This document shows, one piece after another, positions 47,691-55,998 of a stretch of 64,000 nucleotides of DNA (positions within the stretch are counted from its first letter, which is position 1; the number at the start of each line of letters is the position of its first letter). A program made the translations under genes and the position numbers. The notes beneath the pieces were generated by a model. That model saw only the letters and a program-made list of their open reading frames with translations, had not been told where the DNA came from and searched no databases. Origin of the DNA: a virus (taxonomy: Duplodnaviria > Caudoviricetes); IMG/VR virus record IMGVR_UViG_3300025387_000015, positions 12,555-76,554 of that record; one strand, 5' to 3'.

Positions 47691-48278
47691 TTATAATTTA
47701 AGAGAAGAACAAGGTTTATTGGCATACATCTTACGAATATTTTGCGCAAGAACATGCATAAGAATCTGGTGACAATCCTCCACGACTCCATAATTATCGC
47801 ATTTGACATGTATAATTTGGTCAGCAAGATTTTCCTTTACAACAGCTCCACCACCGAAACCAACAAATGCGATAGTACCAAAGTTCTCTTCTTTTGCTTG
47901 CTTCAGACCTTTAATTATATTAGGAGAATTGCCTGAAGATGATATAGCAAGAACGACAGCATAATCGTCTTGTGCATATTTAATTTGTTTTGAGAAAACT
48001 TCATCATAACTAAAGTCATTGGCAATCGCAGTCATAAGTGACATATTACAACCAAGATTTCTTGTGTTAGGTGTGAAGTCTGTATCTTCGCCAACACCTT
48101 TAGTGTGATCGCAAGACCAATGGTCAGCGATAGCAGCAGAACCACCATTACCGATAGTAAGTATTGGGTGTCTGTGAATTGCGCAGTAAGTTAATACGTT
48201 CATAACCTTTGTCAATTCAACTTCGTCGACAGTATTCAAGGCATCATTAATCATCTGTTGATATTCTTTAAGCATCAC
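47691..48278 (-). CDS. gmhA: Phosphoheptose isomerase (SIS domain)
   Basis: GNGGSAAIADH, TAIANDFSYDEVFSKQ, SSSGNSPNII, YGVVEDCH. Confidence 0.88.
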   Translation of the reverse strand: MMLKEYQQMINDALNTVDEVELTKVMNVLTYCAIHRHPILTIGNGGSAAIADHWSCDHTKGVGEDTDFTPNTRNLGCNMSLMTAIANDFSYDEVFSKQIKYAQDDYAVVLAISSSGNSPNIIKGLKQAKEENFGTIAFVGFGGGAVVKENLADQIIHVKCDNYGVVEDCHQILMHVLAQNIRKMYANKPCSSLKL

Positions 48279-49249
48279 ACAAGCTCCAACGTAGATCCAT
48301 TTTTCGCAAATCTAAATTTAAATCTCTGATAGTTTTTCATTGATTCCAGTACTCTGTTTTTACATTTATCTGGAACGTAGACCAACAGATAACCGCCGCC
48401 GCCTGCTCCTAATATCTTACCACCCAGAGCGCCACCCTTCATGGCTCTGTCATACATCTCATCGATTACAGGATTTGTAACATTATCAGAAAGTTGTTTC
48501 TTTATCTGCCAACTTTGATCAAGAAGATTACCAAAATCGTCAATTCTCTTCTTCTGTAGGAGTTTAAGAGAAGTCCTTGCTAGCTCTACCATAGCTTTAG
48601 TCTGCTCTACATTTACATTATTTTTTAGATTTTCTACCTGTTTTGATAATACTGAAGATGCTTGTCTGTTAATTCCAGTATTAAATGCTAGTAGATTATT
48701 ATCTAATTCATACATGGCGCTGGCATCAATGTCAACTGGTTTTACTCTTGTCTCATTACCATGAAAGTATATAGTGTTAAATCCACCATAAGCTGCAGCG
48801 TATTGATCTTGCTTTCCGATTGGTTCTGAACAACGAATAATCTCAATATAAGAAGCAAGTTCTGCTAATTCTTTATGATCTATATTCTTATTATGAACTA
48901 TTCTATAGATAGCGTTGATTAAACCTACCGTAAATGTAGATGATGAACCCAATCCAGTTCCCTTAACAGGAACATCAGAAAAGGATGCAATCTCAATATT
49001 TGATGGAAATTCGAAGTGTTTCAGAGTCTCTCTGACTCTATCGTGTTTAACGTCATCGAGATTATCTGTCTGTTCTAATACAGAATAGATTACTCTAATA
49101 TGATTGGCAACACAGCGATTAACAGCCAAATAGATATAACTATTAATTGCTGTAGATACTACCATTCCTTCGTTCTCTTCGTAGAACTGAGGAATGTCAG
49201 AACCTCCTCCAAAGAAGGAGATCCTGAGTGGTGTTTTTGTTACTATCAT
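48275..49249 (-). CDS. hddA: D-glycero-alpha-D-manno-heptose 7-phosphate kinase (GHMP)
   Basis: TPLRISFFGGGSD, GTGLGSSS, GKQDQYAAAYGG, GGKILGAGGGG. Confidence 0.88.
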   Translation of the reverse strand: MIVTKTPLRISFFGGGSDIPQFYEENEGMVVSTAINSYIYLAVNRCVANHIRVIYSVLEQTDNLDDVKHDRVRETLKHFEFPSNIEIASFSDVPVKGTGLGSSSTFTVGLINAIYRIVHNKNIDHKELAELASYIEIIRCSEPIGKQDQYAAAYGGFNTIYFHGNETRVKPVDIDASAMYELDNNLLAFNTGINRQASSVLSKQVENLKNNVNVEQTKAMVELARTSLKLLQKKRIDDFGNLLDQSWQIKKQLSDNVTNPVIDEMYDRAMKGGALGGKILGAGGGGYLLVYVPDKCKNRVLESMKNYQRFKFRFAKNGSTLELV

Positions 49250-50238
49250 GTTCTATACGTAAACATCTCTGTTGGCATTTTTCTAGATTCAACAGTAGGA
49301 TATTGTTCTTTCAACTCTACCATTAAAGACTCCCACTGTGAGCTAATCCTATCAAGATTGAATCTAGTATCAGCATATGCTTTGGCAAACTTCAAATAAT
49401 TCTGAATATCCGGATTATTTACTTCTTGAATTGCTTTATCAAGATATTTGTAAAACACTTCAGCATGTTTAGCATTATCTTGATCCCACTGATACATGAA
49501 AGTCATTCCACCAGCTGTATCTGGAAGAGCAGCAAGATTAGGATTTACGCAAAGTAATCCAGCTGACATTGATTCCATCAAAACACGACATGATGTTTCT
49601 TGCCAGATACATGGGTAAGCAAGAATATGAGAGGCCAATAAATGTTCTCTAAGTTTTTCTTGAGGAGAAAACCCATGATAAGTCATGTTTGGATGATTGG
49701 TAATCTGCTCGTAAAGAGGCTCAAAGTGCTTATCGGCGTCAGACCAACCATAAATCTTGAATGAAGAAAATACATGTAGATGAATATTATTGTATTTCTT
49801 GCTAAGAGCATCAACAACTGGATATAGTAATTCCAATCCACGGTGTGGAGTAGAAAAATAGATAAGATTTACTTTATCTTTTGCTTTTTCTACTTTCTCA
49901 AATGGTTCGATTGGAGTTTCAATAACTTGAAGTTTAGAGTTAAATGGAATACCTAATCGTAAACACCAATCCTGAAGTTGCCAATTAGAAGAGAAAACCA
50001 TCTTATGAAAACGGTTTCTGCTGTGCTCTTCTTTAAAATGAGCACACTCTGGATCTTGTGCTAGATCATGCGCCCAGTAAACACGGATCTTGTCTTCTTG
50101 GAGATCACGAATACGAGAAGGAATGATTTGAAAATCTTCTGCCAATTCAGGAGAGACTTTCTTACCAATACTTCTCTTTGTTATTTCAGTACCACCCTGC
50201 GACTTAGCAGAGATTTCATTTTCCTCAACGAACGCCAT
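49246..50238 (-). CDS. GT-B fold glycosyltransferase (GT4-like)
   Basis: YFSTPHRGLELL, YPCIWQETSCRVLMESMSAG (ExF/E-x7-E-like). Confidence 0.8.
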   Translation of the reverse strand: MAFVEENEISAKSQGGTEITKRSIGKKVSPELAEDFQIIPSRIRDLQEDKIRVYWAHDLAQDPECAHFKEEHSRNRFHKMVFSSNWQLQDWCLRLGIPFNSKLQVIETPIEPFEKVEKAKDKVNLIYFSTPHRGLELLYPVVDALSKKYNNIHLHVFSSFKIYGWSDADKHFEPLYEQITNHPNMTYHGFSPQEKLREHLLASHILAYPCIWQETSCRVLMESMSAGLLCVNPNLAALPDTAGGMTFMYQWDQDNAKHAEVFYKYLDKAIQEVNNPDIQNYLKFAKAYADTRFNLDRISSQWESLMVELKEQYPTVESRKMPTEMFTYRT

Positions 50239-50779
50239 TCTTCAACTCCATTTCGATTATATTAACTGCTTCAACCAAATCATTTGCATTATAATCTGGT
50301 ACTATATGTTTATATTCTTCTGGTGGTTCATATTTGTAACTATCACTATTTACTAATATAGTTTTGATAGAACATTTATTGGCAGGAACAATATCTTTCC
50401 ATCTATCTCCAATCAAATAACTACTATCAGCGTCAACATCATATATATTCATTAATGTTTGGAACATTCCAGGGTTTGGTTTATATTGGTTAGATTTTTT
50501 ATTCAAAGCAAACATAACATGATCAATACCAATGTTTTCTTGAAGATGAATGCATATTTCCCAAAGATCTCCCATTATCATATCGCCATCATTGATACCA
50601 GGTTGATTGGTAACAACTAAAGCTCTAAATCCCATATCTTTAATACGTTTAATACAATCTTTTACGTAAGGGAAAACTTCATATTCAGACAAACGCCAAG
50701 GAGAAGTTAATCTGCCATCTTCACGTTGAATCAGAGGATTTAATACTCCATCTCTGTCTAAGAAGACTGCTTTTTGCAT
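50225..50779 (-). CDS. gmhB: D,D-heptose 1,7-bisphosphate phosphatase (HAD)
   Basis: VFLDRDGVLN, VVTNQPG, KPNPGM, IGDRWKD. Confidence 0.85.
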   Translation of the reverse strand: MQKAVFLDRDGVLNPLIQREDGRLTSPWRLSEYEVFPYVKDCIKRIKDMGFRALVVTNQPGINDGDMIMGDLWEICIHLQENIGIDHVMFALNKKSNQYKPNPGMFQTLMNIYDVDADSSYLIGDRWKDIVPANKCSIKTILVNSDSYKYEPPEEYKHIVPDYNANDLVEAVNIIEMELKNGVR

Positions 50780-51180
50780 CTTTCTCTCAATTCTGATGAT
50801 GAAAAATTATGGTATCTTTCAAGAAATACTATTTGTATGTCTCTTACTCTACAGATATTAAGTCCAGTTATTTCTTTATTTTTATCAGAATAATCAGCAC
50901 CTATGAACCTTTTTTGCACACATAGTGTAGATAACATATTTACTAAATCTTGTTCAGTATCATATGGAATAATATTATCTACATGTCTAATAGCAGAAAG
51001 TTGAACATATCTCTCAAACGTAGACTGTACTGGCTTATTCTTTGAGTAAGGTCTGTCTATTGTTGGATCGGTATGCAGCCCTACAATAAGCCAGTCACAG
51101 TTTTGTTTTGCTTCAGCGAGCATCGAAATATGACCAGCATGTAACAGGTCAAATGCTCCAAATGTAATTCCAACTATCAT
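50758..51180 (-). CDS. HIGH-motif cytidylyltransferase-family nucleotidyltransferase (TagD/HldC-like)
   Basis: FGAFDLLHAGH, KPVQSTFER, IGADY, SSSELR. Confidence 0.85.
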   Translation of the reverse strand: MIVGITFGAFDLLHAGHISMLAEAKQNCDWLIVGLHTDPTIDRPYSKNKPVQSTFERYVQLSAIRHVDNIIPYDTEQDLVNMLSTLCVQKRFIGADYSDKNKEITGLNICRVRDIQIVFLERYHNFSSSELRERCKKQSS

Positions 51181-51452
51181 CAGTAAGTATCTACTACCTG
51201 AACATACTCTACTGCACTGATATGAAAAGATCTCCAGCCATTATTCTGAACATCCCAAACTGCAAGAACATCTGGATTGCTGTTATGGAACTCTTTTACT
51301 TTTGGTGATTCTGAAATGCTATAAGATTCCGGAAGAACATCGGGTCGAAGAGAACAACGCATAGTACGCTTTTCTCCATTAACTTTCGTAAAGAAAACTT
51401 CACATACACTCTCTTTAAGATCGTTCAGTAAAACATCACGTTCGTAAGCCAT
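51180..51452 (-). CDS. WYL-like SH3-fold protein (DUF2693-like)
   Basis: FFTKVNGEKRTMRCSL, VWDVQNNGWRSF. Confidence 0.7.
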   Translation of the reverse strand: MAYERDVLLNDLKESVCEVFFTKVNGEKRTMRCSLRPDVLPESYSISESPKVKEFHNSNPDVLAVWDVQNNGWRSFHISAVEYVQVVDTY

Positions 51453-51453
51453 T

Positions 51454-51726
51454 TTATGCTCCAAAATAATCTTCGACTAGAAGTTTGCGATTATCCATTC
51501 TCTCTTCAGTAATATACTTGAAAAGATGATCATAACCACCAATATTCATACCATCAATCACAATAACAGGAAATGTCTTTGCTTCTGGAAACTTTGATAA
51601 GAGAATCTCTCTTGTGAAGTCTTCGTTCAACTTATATTCAAAGAATTCTTTACCATGCGTGTTTAATAGTTGTTTTGCCTTTACGCAGTTAGGACAACCA
51701 TCCTTTGAATAGATCTCAATTCCCAT
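51454..51726 (-). CDS. nrdC: Glutaredoxin
   Basis: YSKDGCPNC, TFPVI, IGGY. Confidence 0.88.
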   Translation of the reverse strand: MGIEIYSKDGCPNCVKAKQLLNTHGKEFFEYKLNEDFTREILLSKFPEAKTFPVIVIDGMNIGGYDHLFKYITEERMDNRKLLVEDYFGA

Positions 51727-51832
51727 TGAAGTATTCCTCCCAATATTTTCTAATTGATGTGATTAAATTGGGATCATATCCCTTCGAAGCCATATCATTC
51801 TCTACCATAACCTCAAGATCACTCTTAAACAT
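51716..51832 (-). CDS. 38-aa hypothetical peptide (not in ORF track)
   Basis: GGAGG SD, MFKSDLEVMVENDMASKGYDPNLITSIRKYWEEYFNGN, overlaps the grx start. Confidence 0.55.
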   Translation of the reverse strand: MFKSDLEVMVENDMASKGYDPNLITSIRKYWEEYFNGN

Positions 51833-51858
51833 TATTACCTCCATTTATATGCATATAT

Positions 51859-51887
51859 ATTATACAATATATACAGATTATTGTCAA
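51859..51887 (-). promoter_or_regulatory. Perfect sigma70 promoter TTGACA-N17-TATAAT heading the grx-heptose operon
   Basis: + strand ATTATA 51859-64, TGTCAA 51882-87. Confidence 0.72.
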
Positions 51888-52117
51888 GCTAAAAAGTATT
51901 TTGCCATCCCGACAACATAAATTATCGTAACAACAATCTGTATTATGATGAGAGACCATTTTTTCCAACACAATCCCAACACCAACCAAAGAGAATTACC
52001 AACAAGGCTGATATAGATGTTCATTGGATAAACATTAAAAGAAGTCAAAGCCACTCCTACAATCAAAACAATTGTGGCCACAACTTCTAACGCTGTCTCT
52101 TTATCTTTGCTTAACAT
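51884..52117 (-). CDS. Small membrane protein
   Basis: Three hydrophobic segments. Confidence 0.6.
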   Translation of the reverse strand: MLSKDKETALEVVATIVLIVGVALTSFNVYPMNIYISLVGNSLWLVLGLCWKKWSLIIIQIVVTIIYVVGMAKYFLA

Positions 52118-52802
52118 AAGAAGCCTTGATCTTTTGCTTTTCTAAAATCTCAAAACCATTCTTAAACAGATAATCTCTTTCAATCATATCATGATCGTAC
52201 ATCCATATGTCATCAAAAACATACGCTCCACCGACAGGAGTCTTTGGTAAGAAGTACTCAAGTTCGTCGATCACTGCTTGATTCGTATGTGGACCATCAT
52301 AGAATACAAATGCAAACTTATCTTCGATCTTCTTAACTTCGTCATAAACAGGAACGCCGTCTGGATATCTCTTGAAGAACTCTGTATCTTCCAGACAGAA
52401 GAACGTAAAGTTTAGACCTTTGGAATAAGCATAATAATATAGAGAAGGAATAACTCTATTTCTCATCGTGTTTGTGTAGTCAAACTTCGTTGGGAAAGAG
52501 ACGTCCTTAGACATCGGATCACCCTCTACCTGATGCTTTCCAGGATAGTGAACAGAAGCATTGATGTTTGTGATTTCTAAGTCAATGTTACCATATGGAT
52601 CTACACAGAACATAGAACGATTGGTATCACCATTGTGTTCTAACATATCAATTATAATCTTTGCAGATCCACCACGTCGAGAACCAATTTCAAGAACAGC
52701 ACCCTCTACATCTTTAATCTTTAGTACTGCATTTCCCAAAATCTCATACTCCGAACTATCTGTATTAAAGACTTCATCCGGATTTAATCTAATCATAGTC
52801 AT
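52101..52802 (-). CDS. Class I SAM-dependent methyltransferase (TylF/Methyltransf_24-like)
   Basis: VLEIGSRRGGS, VFYDGPH, GGAYVFDD. Confidence 0.78.
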   Translation of the reverse strand: MTMIRLNPDEVFNTDSSEYEILGNAVLKIKDVEGAVLEIGSRRGGSAKIIIDMLEHNGDTNRSMFCVDPYGNIDLEITNINASVHYPGKHQVEGDPMSKDVSFPTKFDYTNTMRNRVIPSLYYYAYSKGLNFTFFCLEDTEFFKRYPDGVPVYDEVKKIEDKFAFVFYDGPHTNQAVIDELEYFLPKTPVGGAYVFDDIWMYDHDMIERDYLFKNGFEILEKQKIKASYVKQR

Positions 52803-52813
52803 TTTATATCTCC

Positions 52814-53377
52814 TCAGTAAAAATCAACGATCTCGTCAGCTATTCCAAATTTAATTGCTTCTTTTGGTGTTAACCAGACATCTTCTGCTGGTAATAGATA
52901 TTTCTTTATGTTTGCTTCTGTTTGACCAGTACAACGCTTATAGTGTTCAATTATTCTTTGACTTGTGTTATTAAATTCTTTTACTTGGGCCATCAACTCA
53001 TGCTCTTTGCCAATTGAACCCCAAGAGAATTGATGAGAAAGAATTGCTGTGTTTCTTGTTATATATCTATGCCCCTTCGCTCCGGCAATAAATGTAAGCA
53101 ATCCACAAGAAGCAATCTCACCCAATCCATACGTATATATAGGTATCTTTGAACCCTTCATTGTATCAATTAAAGCGAAAGCAGAAGGAACTTCTCCACC
53201 TGGAGAATTTATTATCATCTTAATCTGCTTTGGACGATTCTTTGGTATTAAGTTTCTGGCGATGATAAAAGAAATAGCATCGCCGCTAGAACTAGCATTA
53301 AAATCACTATTAAACATCAGGTAGTGATGATCTTCTAATGAAGGAATGTTTGTTTCTTTTTCTTTATCTAGACTCAA
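52814..53377 (-). CDS. clpP: ClpP-like serine protease
   Basis: INSPGGEV, GLGEIASCG, ILSHQ, DVWLTPKEAIKFGIADEI. Confidence 0.88.
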   Translation of the reverse strand: MSLDKEKETNIPSLEDHHYLMFNSDFNASSSGDAISFIIARNLIPKNRPKQIKMIINSPGGEVPSAFALIDTMKGSKIPIYTYGLGEIASCGLLTFIAGAKGHRYITRNTAILSHQFSWGSIGKEHELMAQVKEFNNTSQRIIEHYKRCTGQTEANIKKYLLPAEDVWLTPKEAIKFGIADEIVDFY

Positions 53378-54276
53378 TTTCTTTCTCCCTTAGCAAGATC
53401 TATTATAGAGATCTCTTCTTGATCAAAAATTCTATCATATGGATATTTTCCATTCCATTTACTACATCTTGGCTGAGAAGTACATTCTCTACAGAATGGG
53501 ACATTTACAGCTTTTCCTTGTTTCTTCACAACTTGACCATCAAATGAATAACCATTTTTATTAAAAGGAAAAGAAGAACTAAAACCTAAACTTCTGAAAA
53601 TATTAAAAGAAGAAATAGCATCTTTCATTTGATCTATAATATGTTTTGATATTTCAGGGTAAACGTTCTTGTGCCAGAAAGTTTTAATAGAAGGTATTCT
53701 TTCGTGATCTCCTGTGGTTATGAAATCATCACATTTGTCTGAATTTAACCACCAAGAAAAAGGTTCTCCTTTATTTTGAATCGCTCCAACTGGGCACGCT
53801 TTAGCACAATCATCACACCCAATACATCTATTCCATATCTTATAATTTATTCTTTTGTTTGTAGGAAGATCTACAATTTCATCATCAAACTTAACAGCAG
53901 CTATGTGACAATCAAATCCAAACTTATAACTATAAATTAAAGAATTCTTAGCTCTTACTCCTAGACCTGATATTATTGCTGCTTCTTTGAAATTAACATA
54001 TATAGGTTTCCAATTTTTAACATTATTTTTTCTAAGAATATCTACTACTTGTTCGTAGTGCGTATAATCCCAAGTATGACCATCTCTTATGAACACTAAA
54101 GCATTAGATAGGTATAATAAATGTAATTTGTTAGTATAATTATCACCAAAGGGGTGAGAAATTTCTTTTATGGGAGAATGAGAAACTCTTTGTAAATTTT
54201 CTTTACTGAGATATCCAATATCCCACACTGTTTCGTCAAATAAACTTTTAATATATTCAAAAGATATTTTCTCCAT
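53374..54276 (-). CDS. QueG/reductive-dehalogenase-like iron-sulfur protein
   Basis: KEAAIISGLGVRAKNSLI, CIGCDDCAKACPVGAI, KC, CRECTSQPRC. Confidence 0.65.
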   Translation of the reverse strand: MEKISFEYIKSLFDETVWDIGYLSKENLQRVSHSPIKEISHPFGDNYTNKLHLLYLSNALVFIRDGHTWDYTHYEQVVDILRKNNVKNWKPIYVNFKEAAIISGLGVRAKNSLIYSYKFGFDCHIAAVKFDDEIVDLPTNKRINYKIWNRCIGCDDCAKACPVGAIQNKGEPFSWWLNSDKCDDFITTGDHERIPSIKTFWHKNVYPEISKHIIDQMKDAISSFNIFRSLGFSSSFPFNKNGYSFDGQVVKKQGKAVNVPFCRECTSQPRCSKWNGKYPYDRIFDQEEISIIDLAKGERN

Positions 54277-54292
54277 ATTTTTCTCATCATAT

Positions 54293-54319
54293 AAAAGGGA
54301 GGCACGGACATTGCCTCCC
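54293..54319 (-). terminator. Rho-independent terminator
   Basis: Minus strand GGGAGGCA-ATGTCCG-TGCCTCCC-TTTT. Confidence 0.75.
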
Positions 54320-54325
54320 AAATTA

Positions 54326-54868
54326 TTATTTCTGGATATGAATATGGTCGTAATGACCAGGCACTCTCCAGAGAACTGTATAACCAGCAGCTCTTGCTTC
54401 AGTTGCCAGTTGATCAAATCTATGTGCGTATTGTGAATGGGCTTCCACAACTCCACGACCAACATTTATATCAATCGCATTACCAGAGTAATGTGCTGAA
54501 TGATGGGCGTGAACATGATGAACACCACCAAATGATGGATGTTCAGATACACGGAAACCTCTACGCTGCAGATCGTATCCGTATGCTACAAGCGAACCTG
54601 AAGCATGACCGAATCCATACTGCTCTTCTTCGTGTTGATAGTAATCACGTGCTTGCTTTTTTGACTTGAAAGTCACACGTGGACTGACATGCCAAGTTTC
54701 TCCTGTGGAAGTAGTACCACCAAAAAGTTCAGAGAATGGATTAGCATAGTCTTCTTCTAAGTTTGTTGAATACTGAGTATTCTTGCTGTGACGAACTCTT
54801 GCTTCTGCAGATTCGCTCATCGCAAACACTACAGCAGCTGCCGTTGCAGCTAGGATAATCTTCTTCAT
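54326..54868 (-). CDS. Exported protein with M15-like (LAS) Zn-metallopeptidase domain
   Basis: Signal peptide ending AEA; HYSGNAID (H-x6-D) and DHIH (HxH). Confidence 0.65.
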   Translation of the reverse strand: MKKIILAATAAAVVFAMSESAEARVRHSKNTQYSTNLEEDYANPFSELFGGTTSTGETWHVSPRVTFKSKKQARDYYQHEEEQYGFGHASGSLVAYGYDLQRRGFRVSEHPSFGGVHHVHAHHSAHYSGNAIDINVGRGVVEAHSQYAHRFDQLATEARAAGYTVLWRVPGHYDHIHIQK

Positions 54869-54902
54869 ATAGTTACCTTTCTTTTATGCGTAACCGACTA
54901 AG

Positions 54903-55268
54903 TCACTGCACTTGCATATGTAATCGTGCTGTTCCATGAGATTTGAAGCCAAGGGCATGAGCTACGTTTTGATTTACGTCGAGTGTTCTACCTCTGACGA
55001 ATGGCCCTCTATCGGTTACGACGGCTGTTACTGATCTTCCATTTGAAGGGTTAGTAATTAATACCCTAGTGCCAAATGGAAGTGTTCTATGAGCTACACC
55101 ATAGGTGGCTCTCATACCCGAAGCTGTCCGTCCACTTCGGTCATTATACCACGAGGCGTTATGATGCCCAGTGGAATAGGTATTTATATGTTTTGTGTGT
55201 TTACTTGATGCATAAGCTACATCCAAGGTGCCAAAAAACAATGATAAAACAAATATCAAATATTTCAT
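54903..55268 (-). CDS. RlpA-like double-psi beta-barrel lytic transglycosylase
   Basis: ASWY, TASG, AHRTLPFGT, VTDRGPF..RTLDV; signal peptide. Confidence 0.88.
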   Translation of the reverse strand: MKYLIFVLSLFFGTLDVAYASSKHTKHINTYSTGHHNASWYNDRSGRTASGMRATYGVAHRTLPFGTRVLITNPSNGRSVTAVVTDRGPFVRGRTLDVNQNVAHALGFKSHGTARLHMQVQ

Positions 55269-55284
55269 AATAACTCCAATCTAA

Positions 55285-55383
55285 TTACTTCTTTTTACGA
55301 CCCTTCATACGACGAGCTTTACGTTTGTTAGATCCAATTTTACGACGACCTTTACGTGGTCTATTTTTGTGTGGATGAGGCAT
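55285..55383 (-). CDS. 32-aa highly basic peptide (not in ORF track)
   Basis: MPHPHKNRPRKGRRKIGSNKRKARRMKGRKKK; AGGAAAG SD. Confidence 0.65.
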   Translation of the reverse strand: MPHPHKNRPRKGRRKIGSNKRKARRMKGRKKK

Positions 55384-55400
55384 ACTTCACTTTCCTTTCT

Positions 55401-55997
55401 CTATATAAAATTAAAATTAATAGCAAATCTAGCATAAACATTAGTAGGAGCACTGCTAGAATGATAGTATAACCCATCAAAACACAACAATCTGTTTTCT
55501 TTTGGAGTTATTCTTTGCTTTATTGTTACTTTACCATTTAAATTTTCTTTCAAATAACGATAAGAAGATTCTCCTTTTATTGGATCATATTTCTCATTAT
55601 ACAAAAATGTATCTCCATCAGTTGTGTTAAGATACATTAAACCTACTTTGTGTGAAATGTGCATATCTACATGAGGATCGTGTATAAAATTTATTGGACA
55701 TAAAGGTATAAGACCTAATCTTATTCTTATCATTCTTTTTATTTCTACGTTTACATTAGATAAAGCTGTTGTTATACAACTTTCTACGAACGGAGAAAGA
55801 CTTGAATTTGGTTGTCCATTTGTATAGACTAGATGAGAAAAGCTAAGATCATATTTACTTATCTCAGAAGATTCATCTCTGTAAGCTGCTCCTCTCAATG
55901 GATACCAAGGAACTACACAATCATTGTGGTAAACTATACCTTGTTGTAATTTTTTAAAGGTTTCTTCTGGTAAAACGTCATCCTTGACTATAACCAT
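55401..55997 (-). CDS. Putative 2OG-Fe(II) oxygenase
   Basis: PHVD..LMYLNTTDGDT, PKENRLLCFDG..YHSS, RFAINFN. Confidence 0.75.
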   Translation of the reverse strand: MVIVKDDVLPEETFKKLQQGIVYHNDCVVPWYPLRGAAYRDESSEISKYDLSFSHLVYTNGQPNSSLSPFVESCITTALSNVNVEIKRMIRIRLGLIPLCPINFIHDPHVDMHISHKVGLMYLNTTDGDTFLYNEKYDPIKGESSYRYLKENLNGKVTIKQRITPKENRLLCFDGLYYHSSSAPTNVYARFAINFNFI

Positions 55998-55998
55998 A

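Noticed and set aside
54277-54465. N-terminal extension of the QueG-like ORF
   Set aside because: Overlaps the upstream gene and its terminator; ATG 54276 is more plausible
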